Assembly (NCBI RefSeq): GCF_009834535.1
Contig: NC_045696.1
Location: 86,182,001 to 86,246,000 of the forward strand
Origin: Camelus ferus
Lineage: Eukaryota
DNA: 64,000 nucleotides
Reading direction: 5' to 3'
Under the pieces are notes generated by a model. The model searched no databases and was not told the origin of the DNA. It was given only the letters and a program-made list of their open reading frames with translations. Position 1 is the first letter of the stretch, and each line of letters begins with the position of its first letter. This document shows positions 1 through 13,237 of this stretch, piece by piece. Both the position numbers and the translations under genes were made by a program.

Positions 1-1001
1 CTGCCCAAGTCTTCTGACCCAAATTGTAAGTTTAGGGCTTTCTCAGAACCATCTTTGGATCCAGTACTTTGCTAGCTTCACAGAACTCACTGAAAACTGT
101 TATACTAATGGTCACATTTATTACAGGGAAAAGATACAAAGTAGAAATAATCAAAGGAAGAGACGAAAATGGAGAAATCTCCTCTGAGGGTTACAAATGC
201 AGTTTCCACCCTTCTCCAGGATGCAGCACCATCTAGAATTAATGTGTGGCAATACGCATAGATTATTGACAACTCGGAAAGCTTACCCAAGCTTTAGTAT
301 CGAGTTTGTTTATTGAGAGTTAATACATAGATATAATTGTTTGATTTGCTCAAGTGACTGAACTTAATCTAAAGCCCACTCCAACACCTTCCCCAGGTGA
401 GATAGATGTCACAAGACCCAAAGCCTCAGCCCTCTAATCACATGATTGGTCTTTCTTCCCTGGTCAGCCCCCACCCTGACTCATCTTTTTCCCATAAACT
501 ATTAGATGTGATCTAAGGGGCCCACCATGAGTAACAATGACACTCTTAGCACTCAGGAAATTACAAGAGTTTTAGAGGTTACTTCCTAGAAACCCAAACA
601 AAGGCAAAACCTCTCTTTAGGGTACATATTCCTTGCAATACATAGACTGGCCACATGGGCAGTCAACCATGTCTAAGTGACCAACTCCTAATAAAAATCC
701 TGGACCCCAAAACTCAAGTGAGTTTCCCTGATGGGCAATGCTCATTTCACATTGCCAAATATGGGGCTCAAAGGAGTAAGTACTGTCTGTCTGCACACTC
801 CACTGGGAAGGACAACAGATAAATCCACACCTGGTCTTCCTGGACCCTGCCTTATGTATTCTTCCCTTTGATGATTTTAAACTGTATTATCTTATACATT
901 TTTAATAAAATGTAATTTTGAATGTGATGGCTTTTCTGAATTCTGTGAGTTCTTTAAATGAGTCATTGAGCCAGAAGGTGGTCATGAGGACCTCCCAAAC
1001 A
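1..1001 (+). mobile_element. MER21-family LTR (solo, 5' part outside window)
   Basis: Matches recalled MER21 motifs: 'cacagaactcactgaaaactgttatactaatggt..tttattacagggaaaagataca', 'gtgagtttccctg', and the end 'ggtggtcatgaggacctcccaaaca'. Confidence 0.75.
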
Positions 1002-1609
1002 GAGCAGTGAACATGTGATCTGAGGTATGTCTTTCTCATGGCTTGATTTTGAGGATGGGGAAGAAGATGAGAACTATCACTGTACAGTGATTCTTTTGGT
1101 TTATCTAGGAGTTATAGAAGCTATAATTCCACTAATTATTTTATTGTATCATGATGACACAGAAGGTAATTCATTGTCCTGAATGACAATGCAAACTCTC
1201 ATATTTCCCTTTTAGAAGTGATATAGGAGAACCAAATCAATCTGATAAACCTCCGAAGGTTTAGTTTTGGCAAACTGCGGATATTTGATTTGCTCACTGT
1301 CCAGTGAAATTTAATGACAACACACATTTTCTACCATTCCTTAGCAATAACAAGAACATTCGAGTCAGAGATATCAGGATTTTTCCTCATAGATATACCA
1401 AAGAATGTTTCCTAAACTATAAACACGAAAGGAGAGAGAAAATTTAAGCCTAACCTAAAAAATATGGTAGATGTGAAAACACAGACGATATTAATTTAGC
1501 TTCATCATATTATAAGTCCATATATCTATGTTATCTATAAATATACAAATAGGTACACATAAAATAGTGTTTGTTATAAATATATACATATAAGTAATAC
1601 CTTATACCT

Positions 1610-2130
1610 ATACACACACCTTTTAAGCACTTCACATATATTGATTTATTTACTCCACACAATAATCCTATGCATTAAGCTCTATTATTATAAAGCTTAT
1701 AAAAATAAGCCTTGTTTTATAGAAAAGATAAACATAGAGGTTAAATAATTTATCTCATTATTTCATGATACACAGATTATTAAGTCATAATGTTGCAATT
1801 TAGTTTAAATCTTGCCAGCTTGGCCCCAGAGTATAAAATAACCATGTTATGGTGAAAAAATATACATATATATAATTTGTAAAAGCAGTAGCATGAAAAT
1901 TAAAAACAGGGCTCTGAATTCAGAGAAATGCTTGTTTGTAGTTGGAGCTAGGTGATTCTGAGGTATATGTTTTGGGAAATGATAACAACCTCACCATTTC
2001 TCAGTTTCCTCATTAATAAATAGGTGCAGTCATTGTAATGACCTCAGTGTATACCATAATGATTCAATGAGCAAATGCATGTCAAGCACTTAGAACTTTT
2101 CCTGGATTATAGTAAACACTCAGTAGATAT
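1610..2130. mobile_element. Two degenerate MIR SINE fragments
   Basis: MIR core-like motifs 'aagcacttcacatatattgatttatttactccacacaataatcctatg' and 'tctcagtttcctcatt..aatgcatgtcaagcacttagaac'. Confidence 0.6.
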
Positions 2131-4516
2131 TATACTTAACAATTTTATAGCTCAAATTTACAAATTGTAGATAATTGTTAGACAAGAGTCTGGTATTAAA
2201 GTTACCTCATATAAATTTATTCACATTTTATACAATAGGAAGAATTCGAATCAGAATATTTGTAATGTTTTATTTAAATTGAACTTTAAATATGGGTGTG
2301 CATATCAGGAAAGGCTCCCAGCACTTACATTATTTCTATATTATACAGATTACAAATGGTAAGGACACTTCAGAAGCATCTGTGCTCCATCGCTCCTATG
2401 TGTCCTTCCCTGTGTCCTTAGAGCGCTCTTGATTGTCTTCCCTGCTTTTGCGCACCCAGCAAGAGATTGCCCGTGAATGCTGCTGTCACCTGTCACTGAG
2501 GTGAATCAACCCCAAGAACACAATTGCTGAAAGGGCAACTCCACTGCCAAGAATGTGGCTGTATTCTCAGAGGTGGCTAATGTAGTGGAAGTGCCACAGG
2601 ACTTGAAGCAGGATTTCTACCTCTGTTAAGGTTAAAACTCTTAACTGGGCCTGTTAATTTCATCACTTTAACTTCTTTGAGCCTTCCTTCTTGCTATTTC
2701 AGGAGTACCAATTTCAAAAAGTGCTTCAATTAATGGTACATGGAATTTGCAATAAAGATAAGTTTTCTGGCTTTGTCTATAAAGAATTCCCTGAAGAAGA
2801 GTACATATGAAATGATTATATCTCTGTTTTACTTGAAGCAGCTTCATTTTGTTGTTGAAGTTTATCTATAAAGTGTGTGTATTACATTAAAATTCATTGA
2901 TTGATAGCCTTCTGTAAAGATATATACCAAGTAATTGCTATATATTAATAGCAATACTATAATAATCCTGTCAGGTAAGCATGAATGATGGGCTATTATT
3001 GACTTTAATGATATGGTTGGCAGAAACTGTCAACATTTTATTCAGATCTATGAGTGGGTTGTGTGGGCATACCTAATTGTTAATCATTATGGGTTATAAG
3101 ACTTCTCTAGACTGCACTTAATCAAAGTTTATACCACAAGTAACTACAAAGTATTAAATAAATAAGCATGTCAAAGCTCCAAAATGCTCCAATTTTCACT
3201 GCTAGCTTTTATCATGCTGCAGAGTTTTGCACCCAGGCAAAAGAGAACTCAATAGTATCCACAGGGGAGTTTTTATTCTCTGTGTAGACAGTGCAAAAAG
3301 CTCTAGTGGGTAGTTTACTGGTACTTTCACAGGTCAAAAGGGTGAAGTGCAAAATTACTCCAAAGCAGAAATACACATGGAGGCCGTATTTCATGTCACA
3401 ACCTGTAGCTCAGGATTAGAAAGGTCATTTTTCCCCTGATTTAAGGTCATACTTAGCTTATAGTCAATTTTTCATTTGCATGGAATCTACTTGTATGCTG
3501 AAACTTCTATAATTTCAGTTTTCTTTGATTATGAAATAATTGTGCATTGTGCATTAGTGTAATACTCTAAATTGCTATTTTTCATTGCTTATAATTCCAT
3601 TTCTCTTAGGGAAAAAATTATCATTATATCAAGAGACAATTTTCAATAACTATCCCATGAGTACCTCAACAGAGATGATAAAATAGCATATATATTGAGG
3701 CATATACTAATAGTTTATAGATTAAACATATATTATTCCTTAAAAACGTATGTTTTTCAACTATCTTTAATAAAAATATACAGAGTAACTGAAAGAATTC
3801 TGAGGTAATGATTTTGTACTCCATATACTAAAAATACAAATATATGCCAAAATTAAAAATGTTACTGAGATAAGAAAAATCCATCTAAGGAAATATTTTT
3901 CCCACCTAGCAAGAAAGGGTTAATAAAATATTTCTATTCAGTTCAGTAAAAATAATGTTCCAGTTTCCTCTTCTTAGAAAAATACAGAGCAGTTTCTATA
4001 TAATAACATTCTTGAGAAACTCTCACAATATGAAAAGAAAGGTTTATTTTTTTAGCTTTGCATCTATTTTAAAAATAACTTGCCTTTCTATATATATAGA
4101 TAGATAGGCAAATGTATATCTTATTGCTACTTTCGCATTGGTTTCACTGCATACATCTTATATTAAGCATTTTTTCTGTGTTGCTTTGTGATGTTCTTAG
4201 ACTATCATCCATAAATAGAAGTGCCACTAGGAGAAACATGTGTTAAGGATTTCTGAAGGAGCAGCAAATAGGATTTCCAATACATGGAAATTGGAAGGCA
4301 CATATTGAAAAATGAAAAAAAAATTATAATTTAAGTAAACTGAAGGTTCCCCATCTTTCTAATATTTTCTTTGCTAGGAGATGCATTTTTGCTAGGAGCA
4401 GCAGAGAAACTTATTTTCGAAAATAAACTTAATAGTGATGGCTAGCGTGTTACAATTTACTTAAATGGTAGAGTTTAACTTCTAGTGTGGATGGATAATC
4501 CAGAGGAAAATGCAAT

Positions 4517-4667
4517 ATGTGTGTGTGTGCGTGTGTGTGTGTAATGGAACATAATGGAATATATAGGATTTATCTGTCTACCTACCTATCTATGGAGTTA
4601 GATATATTCTTACTCAAGGATGTTTCATGGTTGCTATTGGATATTTGTGTGTGTGTGTGTGTGTGTG
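4517..4667. repeat. Two (TG)n microsatellites
   Basis: Directly visible TG runs at about 4517-4541 and 4646-4667. Confidence 0.95.
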
Positions 4668-5226
4668 CACGTGCACAGGGAATAAAGAAGGGAAAAAGTA
4701 AGTATTTTTTTTTTATGGGAGAACAAGCATTTAATATGACTACTACCAATGATTTGTTATTAACAACAAGATATACTGGCATTGCATTATTTTCAGTAAC
4801 TGATTAACTTTCTATGTACATTTGATAATTTATAGAATCAATCAAATGGTTCTGCCTATCTGGCTAGAAAGTAAAACCCCAAAATATTTTGCCCATAGCA
4901 CCATTAAACTTCTCTCATTTCTAACTATCTTGAATGGAATCCATCCTGCTTGATACAATTCATGTCCTAATCACCAAGTAACATGACTGAAGAGCTCATT
5001 TCTTTAGTGACAAAAATTGCCTTATGAGTTTGTGAAGTATAAATAAAATGGTTTGCCAAAGCATGAACGTCATATTAAAGCAATGCAATGCCATTAGTAT
5101 GCCACACTTTCACCTTTTTCAGATGAGATCAAGCACAACTATAAGAAATACAGCAGAAATCATTTTAATTGAATATATTAAAACTTTCTTCATAGAAAAG
5201 ACTTAAATAATACAAGTAGGGAGTTA

Positions 5227-6104
5227 TCAATTTTTTTAAACACTTTTTATTGAGTTATAGTCATTTTACAATGTTGTGTCAAATTCCAGTGTAGAGCATA
5301 ATTTTTTAGTTATACATGAACATACATATATTCATTGTCACATTTTTTTTCACTGTGAGCTACCACAAGATGTTGTATATATTTCCCTGTGCTATACAGT
5401 ATAATCTTGTTTATCTATTCTGCATATGCCTGTCAGTATCTACAAATTTTGAACTCCCAGTCTGTCCCTTCCCACCCCTCTCCCCCTTGGCAACCACAAG
5501 TTTGTATTCTATGTCTATGAGTCTTGTTTCTGTTTTGTATTTATGTTTTGGAGGGGGGTTGTGTTTTTTTTTAGATTCTACATATTAGCCATCTCATTTG
5601 GTATTTTTCTTTTTCTTTCTGGCTTACTTCACTTAGAATGACATTCTCCAGGGACATCCATGTTGCTGCAAATGGTGTTATGCTGTTTTTTATGGCTGAG
5701 TAGTATTCCATTGTATAACTCTACCACATCTTCTTTATCCAGTCATCTGTTGATGGACATTTAGGCTGTTTCCATGTCTTGGCTATTGTAAATAGTGCTG
5801 CTATGAACATTAGGGTGCAGGTGTCTTTTTGAAGTAGGGTTCCTTCTGGATATATGCCCAGGAGCAGGATTCCTGGGTCATATGGTAAGTCTATTCCTAG
5901 TCTTTTGAGGAATCTCCGTACTGTTTTCCACAGTGGCTGCACCAAACTGCATTCCCACCAGCAGTGAAGGAGGGTTCCCTTTTCTCCACAGCCTCTCCAG
6001 CATTTGTCATTTGTGGACTTTTGAATGATGGCCATTCTGACTGGTGTGAGGTGATACCTCACTGTAGTTTTGATTTGCATTTCTCTGATAATTAGTCAAT
6101 TTTT
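5227..6104 (-). mobile_element. Young 5'-truncated LINE-1 (ORF2 C-terminus plus 3' UTR) with 9-bp TSD
   Basis: ORF 5721-6080 reads [56 protein letters not shown], the L1 ORF2 C-terminus with its CCHC motif. TSD tcaattttt at 5227-5235 and 6096-6104, in a TT/AAAA context on the minus strand. Confidence 0.95.
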
Positions 6105-7219
6105 AATAATAAGTAAACTGCAATAGTCAATACAATGCAACTCACTGAAAAAATTTGCAAGTTAATCGTAGAAATGAATGTTTTTATTTTTATAATTCTC
6201 TATTGCTGCTTTCTCTACACGTGAACAGCAAGCTTGCATGTATTGCAAGTACAGGGATTACTACTAAACTATATTAAAAACAATTGCTTTGATATACTAA
6301 ATAATTTTAATCAGCAACAAATTATTTGGGAAAGGGGAGAGACAGACTGTATTCTTGAAATAAAACAAAATAAAACCCATTTGATAATATTTTATAGGCA
6401 ATATTCTCATATTTGGCAAACTTTTCCATATTTTATATAATAAATGGTTAATTACCTTTCTGCTCATCAACTGATGAGGAGGTTATTCCTTTTAATATAC
6501 AAGCTAAAGCAATGAATTCTTTACAAATATTCTAGTAAACCAATTCAGTCGGTTATATTTTTTTATCAACTTAAACACACAACAATAAGCCATAAAAGAT
6601 TCTTTCCAGTTCCTTATTTAACACAGAATGAAAAAGGAGTGACTTTAATTCCTACCAGGCTAGAAACTGAAAGCAAAATCCATATGTTAGCATTTAACAA
6701 TATAAATGTATTGCTAATAGTTGAAGTTACCATGTTAATAGACAGTAGGTAAATTTGTCCTCACATCTGTTCATTTTACACACAAATGTGCACACACACA
6801 GACACACACACACTGAATAGCTAAGGATGTGCTATTTGAGTGTTACAAAAGTATTACAGGTCACAGTTACTAGTCTTCAATTGGTTTATAAAGTCGAGTG
6901 AAATCAACTTAAAGGGAATATATAATTAAATTATCAAATATAGTCATTTACTGTGAACTATATTGTTTCTGCTTGGAAAAGAGATTGCAAAGGTGAACTA
7001 GAGACTGAATACTTTGAAGTATTCAAAGGTTAAAACTATTAGAAAATTTGAAAATATCAAAGATTTCCCAGCAGAGAATCCCTATGTATATATGGCCTAA
7101 CTACATGATATTTTAGTGACGTATATCAGATATTAACTTCCATAAAATCTAGAAGTGAAATTTAATTTATCATTATATCAATGTCACCTAGTAAAATGAC
7201 AGATAGTAGACACTGGTCC

Positions 7220-7690
7220 AAACCAGTGTTGATAATTCCTTTTTAGGAAACTGTACCCTGATCCTCAAGGGTGGCTCCTCATAAGCCATGTTGGTATCTT
7301 ACTACCCACCACTCCTCACCCCCAGCCCTGAGCATGACTAACGGATTTGGGGTTACACTTCTTACTTAAACTAGGCCAGTTAGAATTACTCTCTCTGAAC
7401 TGTTTAATTAAAAATTTTAGATTGAGTTTGTGCTTAATGGAGACATGGGAATGTAAACAGGAAACAAACAACAAAAAACGAAGGAGCCATGGGATAATCA
7501 TATTCCTCTATTAATTACAGAGAGGGACAGAGAAGGCCGATGATCTGAGAGGATTTACAGTTCCTAATTCCAGTCTCTTCCTAGAATCTGCCTACACTGG
7601 AGAGCTAGAGGTCTGAGAAGAACATATGCATTTTTATATTCAGTTCTCCTTTGGCTCAACTACTTAAATGGTTTACATTATTTGCAGAAA
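7220..7690 (+). mobile_element. Ancient ERVL-type LTR fragment (LTR33/LTR16-like)
   Basis: Degenerate similarity to recalled LTR33/LTR16 motifs ('ctaggccagttagaattactc', 'ttcctaattccagtc'). Confidence 0.4.
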
Positions 7691-8199
7691 AAAATGTAAG
7701 ATTATCCAACTCAGTAGTGAACATTATGGCTTTGGTACAAAGATCTAGTGGCCTAATGTTAGTAGTAGGTTGGAGAGAAGACAAACGAGATAAGTGTAAT
7801 TAAAATCAGGTAAGGAACTATTAATTCTCTATTATGAAATGCCTATTCTCTCTCTTTCTGTATATTCCCACCCCAAGTAGGAGTCTATGATTGGACTCCA
7901 TTTGAGTATGGAGGTATTTTATATTTCCTTAAACTATTTTAATAGTAAATAATTAAGCATCTTTATGTCAAACAAAGCAAGTAAAACTAGGTTCAATTCC
8001 TTTCTCCTTCTATTACTTGGAAGCTGTACAACCTTAGGAAACTGTTTACCTAGTCCGGGTACCCTTTCCCCTAACTCTGAAATGAAACATTTGTTTACAA
8101 TGATTTAAGTGGCTTAGAAGAGGTAGGGTTAATATCAAAAAATTAGATAAAGCCAAAGCTAATTACTGATGTGATTATTTTGTAAAGTTATTTCTCAAC

Positions 8200-8435
8200 A
8201 TTGTTTAAATTAATTAAATTTTTAAGATGAATTTTTGGTTTACAGAAAAATCAAGCAGAAAGTACAAAGAGGTCCCATATACCCAGTCTCCTCCCTGCAC
8301 AGTTTCCTACTTTATATCTGCGTTAGTGTGTTACACATGTACAATTGATGAACAAATAATGATACATTATTATTCACTAAAATTTAAACTTTATATTAGG
8401 ACTCATTCTTTGTGTTGTACAGTTCTATGGTTTTT
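8200..8435 (-). mobile_element. Old L1 (L1MB/L1MC-type) 3' end fragment
   Basis: 'ggtttacagaaaaatcaagcagaaagtacaaagaggtcccatatacc..gatacattattattcactaaa' is a typical antisense L1MB/MC 3' UTR. Confidence 0.7.
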
Positions 8436-8592
8436 AAAACTTTTAAATAACAACTTTGGCTCAAGGTAAATTCTTAATAATCCAGTCTAAAAAATAACAT
8501 CCATTGAATATTTCAGTTCTCCTTGTCTTTTACTAGAGGCTGAATTGTTTGTAATGGAAAATGTTCACAATGGGTATTGGAAAGCTCTTGAG

Positions 8593-8596
<4 letters not shown>

Positions 8597-8638
<42 letters not shown>
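8597..8638. repeat. (TG)~21 microsatellite
   Basis: Directly visible. Confidence 0.97.
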
Positions 8639-8641
<3 letters not shown>

Positions 8642-9930
8642 TCATTATGGGGAAAAAACTTTTCACATCTGCACTTAGCTTTGTCTCACATAATTTGTAT
8701 AAATATGATTTCTTCTCCATGTATATTCTTGAACTAACAGATATTTTAAAAAAGTGACTTTTAAAAAAAAAATTCCAGTAAGAGAATAATATATTGAAAA
8801 ATAACAGTGGATAACAAAATCTCCTTGGATTCTCCCATTGCCCCATTTCTTTTCAGCCTAGATAGCATAACTGTTCAGAACAAAAACAAAACATAGCAAG
8901 AAAATCTTTGGTATTTTTTAATTCAGTTCTTTTCTTTCACCCTGGGACTTTCTAATGACCCTAGACATTATAGCTTAAAATGCTAAATATCATTATTATT
9001 GAATCTTTTGTGAACTATTTAATCTGTTTGAAAGCTGAGACAAATGAGGCCATCAGTACTTAAATGATTTCTATTTATTCCACGTGGTGATTTCAACATG
9101 AATCTGAGCTTACATTTGAGGATCTGAACCATTTGCCATCACAGGCTCAGCAGATCAACAGGGGAGAATATATTGTTGCAGTTGAGGTGTGTTTGAAATG
9201 AGGAACATATGATAGTGACTCTGGCAGAGAAAGGGGAAACTCAGATTTTCTGGAGATAACCTTTAGTTAACTGCCTCAGACAGGATATAAAGAAGGAAAA
9301 TATTTGGAAAACTTTTATGTGTGGTAATATTTTTTATATTTTATATAAAATTTAATATTTTGTATTTTCTCAGTACTGTACATGAATATACACTGCTAAG
9401 CTGTAAATATTTTCCCAAAACTTACAACATTGCTTCCTTGCCTCATGTTCTTTTATTTTTGTATTTCAAACAGGTTTTCAGTGAGGCATGAAATAGAGCT
9501 GAGTGTGCACTACTTTGGAGTCACTTATTGATTAACACATAATACTGCTTAATGGAAACATTTATTATGAGATTTGACAAATTTGGGATCATTCAACATA
9601 TCATATAAAAATGTTTAATTATAGAAATTTCTGTCATTTGTTCTATATTCTTGTTTTCTGCTTTTATTAGATTTAAGTATCTTTCCAGAAATTCTTATTT
9701 TAATGTGTCTATATCTAAAATTTTCCAACTGATTATGAGATTATCCTTAAGCATAGCAATCGGGTTTTACATTAGTTTTAATTTTTTTCCAAGTCATACA
9801 CAATACCTCGGGTGCTGTGTTAAACACTGACTTAATGAATGGAATTGAATTACAGTAGCAAAAGTTTATTGCTAGCTTTATAGCTATTATTAGATGATTC
9901 AATAATGAATATATCGTATTTTGCCCTAAG

Positions 9931-10965
9931 TGTAAGGGAGGAAAAATGATTTCCCTCTGCCTCTCTAGGTTCTTGACTGAGAACCCCCTATAATAAAAGA
10001 CAGACTAACAGGAGAAAAGAAACAATTTTAACTGTGAACATACAGAAGCACCACAAAGATATAAAATATAAGGCTCAAAAGACAGCCAGAGGATTGATTA
10101 TATACCATTCTGAGGTAAGGAAAGGGGTAGGTAAGGGACTAGGGATTCAAAAGAGGAAAGGCAATTCACAAGAAGGTGAGGAAAGGAAATGTTTGTAAAC
10201 ATGCAGATAATTCTCTCAGGTGAAAAAGTCACCTAAAACTAAAAATATAACTACCCTAAGACCCAGCAATTCCACTTCTGGGTATGTATCTGTAAAAAAC
10301 AAAACAAAACAAAACACTAATTTGAAAAGATGCATGCACCCCAATGTTCATAGCAGCATTGTTTACAATTGCCAAGTTATGGAAGCAACCTAAGTGTCCA
10401 TCAGCAGATGACTGGATAAAGCACACACACACACACACTGGAATACTACTCAGCCATAAAAAGAATGAAATTGTTCCATTTGCAGCAACATGGATGGACT
10501 TGAAGGGCTTTATGCTAAGTGAAATGAGCCAGGCAGAGAAAGACAAAAATACTGTATATATCACTTATATGTGGAATCTAAAAAATAGAACAAACTAGTG
10601 AATATAACAGAAAAGAAGAGAAGTCATAGGCAGAGAGAACAAACTTGTGGTTTCCAGTTGGGGGGTGAGAGAGTAAGAAGTACAAACTTTTGGATATAAG
10701 ACAAGCTTAAGGACAGTAACATGGGGAAAGAGCAATATTTTGTAATAACTGTAAATGGATAAAAAGTAACCTTTCAAAATTGTATTGAAAAACACAAATA
10801 TTATTTTTGAAAAAAAAAACAAAAAAGTTATCTCTGGTAATAGCTCTTTTTCTGGTGCCAAAGGGTACCTTCTACTATGTTTTTAAGTTGCTTCTTTGTA
10901 ATTTCTCAAAATAATACTTATGCCAAAGAGATATATTTTGGGGTGGCACATTCTGCTAACCTTTG
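9931..10965 (-). mobile_element. MER34/MER39-like ERV1 solo LTR interrupted by an L1
   Basis: The minus strand starts '..agcagaatgtgccaccccaaaatatatctctttggcataag', a MER34-type 5' end. Flanked by 4-bp TSD taag (9927-9930, 10966-10969). Confidence 0.75.
10223..10833 (+). mobile_element. 5'-truncated L1 3' end nested in the LTR
   Basis: ORF 10344-10598 reads [29 protein letters not shown]-rich tail at about 10810-10826. Diverged TSD aaaaagtcacct / aaaaagttatct. Confidence 0.9.
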
Positions 10966-11053
10966 TAAGAATTCAAATAAATAATATATAATTAAATATA
11001 TGAACATATGTAATAGATTATAGCTAGAGATTACCTATGTATCTAGAATTATA

Positions 11054-11606
11054 CGTAGTGGGGGAGAAACAAAACCTTTCCTCTGCCCTTTCTGGATTCT
11101 TTTGGTGGCCTAAGAGTTAAATTGACGTTAGACAGATTAACAGGAGAAAAACCGAATTTAATTATGTACACACAGGGGCTCCATAAGAATATGAGGCCCA
11201 AGGACAAGTTAGGCAATTGAGGCTTATATGGCATCTGAGAGAAGGAGATGTGGTTGAGGTTTGGGACTTCAAAGGGGAAGAAGGCAACTCACGTAGAGAC
11301 GGAGCAACAACTCTGGTAAAAATGTTTGCCGTGCTATGCAGAAACAGTGAGACACAGAGGAGACTTAGATCAATGAAGGCCTTACTAAGTTCCCCCTAGT
11401 CTACCATACCTAGTTCATATTTTATTTTAGTTATCTAGGGTGATCGTTCTTCTCCCTGAAACCGACACTTTGTCTAAATTATTTTAGGCAGTTAAGGGGA
11501 GAAGGTAAAGTTCTTCCTGAGCTTTTTGTTTCTTAAAAACAATCAGCCCAAGATAATGCTGAAAACAAAGAGACACATTTTGGTATGGCATGTTTTATTC
11601 CCTTAT
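11054..11606 (-). mobile_element. Second MER34-like ERV1 solo LTR
   Basis: Shares 'agacagattaacaggagaaaa', 'ttcaaaggggaagaaggcaactcac' and the terminal 'gagacacattttggtatggcatgtttt' with the 9931 copy. Confidence 0.75.
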
Positions 11607-13237
11607 AATAGCTATATCTATATCTACACCTATTTGTACTTTTTTTTCATCTATTATTTCTACTTCTGATTCTGTTTCTTACATGCGAGGGAGGATGTGC
11701 ATTGTTTGTTATATTGACCCAGAAGTCAGCAGATCCATGCACTCTTTTCATTTCAACAGCAATTACATTCTTTGATTTATAATCTTTTAGTCCGATCCTA
11801 TCTACAACATATGGGTTAGAGACAAAATTTTATTCTAAAGATTTACTAAGACTGTGGGTTATAACTAACCTTTTATAAAAGTGTAAGAAGTAAAATTACT
11901 TTGGGCCTGATATAAATATATAACCTCCTGCTTGCTGAGTTCTGGACACTGAAATATTGTAAATATTAGTTTCCTCTTTTAGGCTCACTGTTAAAACACA
12001 TGCCAAATATTTCAAAAGTATGGTGTCTTTTATAAATCTTAATAATTGTACACTTAATCAATATAACCATGGTATTTAAATATACATCTAGCCTGATATT
12101 AAAATGTTGTCTTCAAATCAACTATATTTAGAGTCATTTGCAATACAGATATGTATGAGACTTTTTCCTCTTGTCACACAAATTTAAAAAAGATTTGTTG
12201 GTAGAGCCAATGTTTAAAGCAATCCCATAGATCTTTAGATATTCTAGAAAATGTTTTTAAAAGGTTTATAATTCAGATTGGACAAGAAATGATAGCCTGA
12301 GAATGACTTTTGTAATGTATCTTAGGTCTTCTGCATTGCATCCCATCTGTAACCTAAAAATCATAAAATTTCAGAGAAAATAGAAAATTTACAATAACTT
12401 TTCTTTGTAAAGTAAAATGGTGACTGAAAATTTAAGAGAATGAAAAAATAACAGACTAGCATTTAAGCTTGACAATAATACAGTTGCCTAATTACAGTTA
12501 TTTCATTATATCACTGGAGTCAGGTATGAGGGTAAATAATAATTATAAGGAACTATAAATTCCTTATAAATATTTTAATAAGTATAATGTTTATTTTAAA
12601 AATAGCGTAAAGTACTCTGCAATACTTAAACATTTTGAAGTCGTTTTACAAGATCATGCAGATTGATAAGTGCCCATTATTGCCAAGCCATCATTTAAAT
12701 CTAAGATTACACATACAGATTGATTTCTTTTTTATTATTAAAAGAAAACATTTGTGGTGAGATGCTAAGATTCTTTTTCTTAAGTTCTTAATTTTGACAT
12801 CATGTGTTCATATGTTTTGAAAAGCTAACATCTGAATAGTACAAAGGAGGACAAAACAACCAGTTTTGATTTCGTTAAGGTTGTGAATTCAAGGTCAGAT
12901 AAAGCTTTGGATACTTAAGAATAAACCAAAGTTGGAGACTCAGGCTTTTAAGAGTCATTAAATATTTAACAGTTATTAGCCGAAAGCCTCTAGAAATTTT
13001 GTTTGCTACAAAGAACTTTCCTTCAGTGGCTCCATATAAAACTGTATTAGGAGTTTTGATTGATTTATTTAGGGTGACTTTGGTTTATTTAGGAGAAACA
13101 GTAACATAATACCTATGTCTAAGTTATTGTTTGAATTTATACAATGATACAGTGATATTATGGCTTTAAGCAGTCAAAAGTATACAAATAAACACCATTA
13201 GAGGACATAGTCTAGGGTAGAAAGTATTTTTATTATA

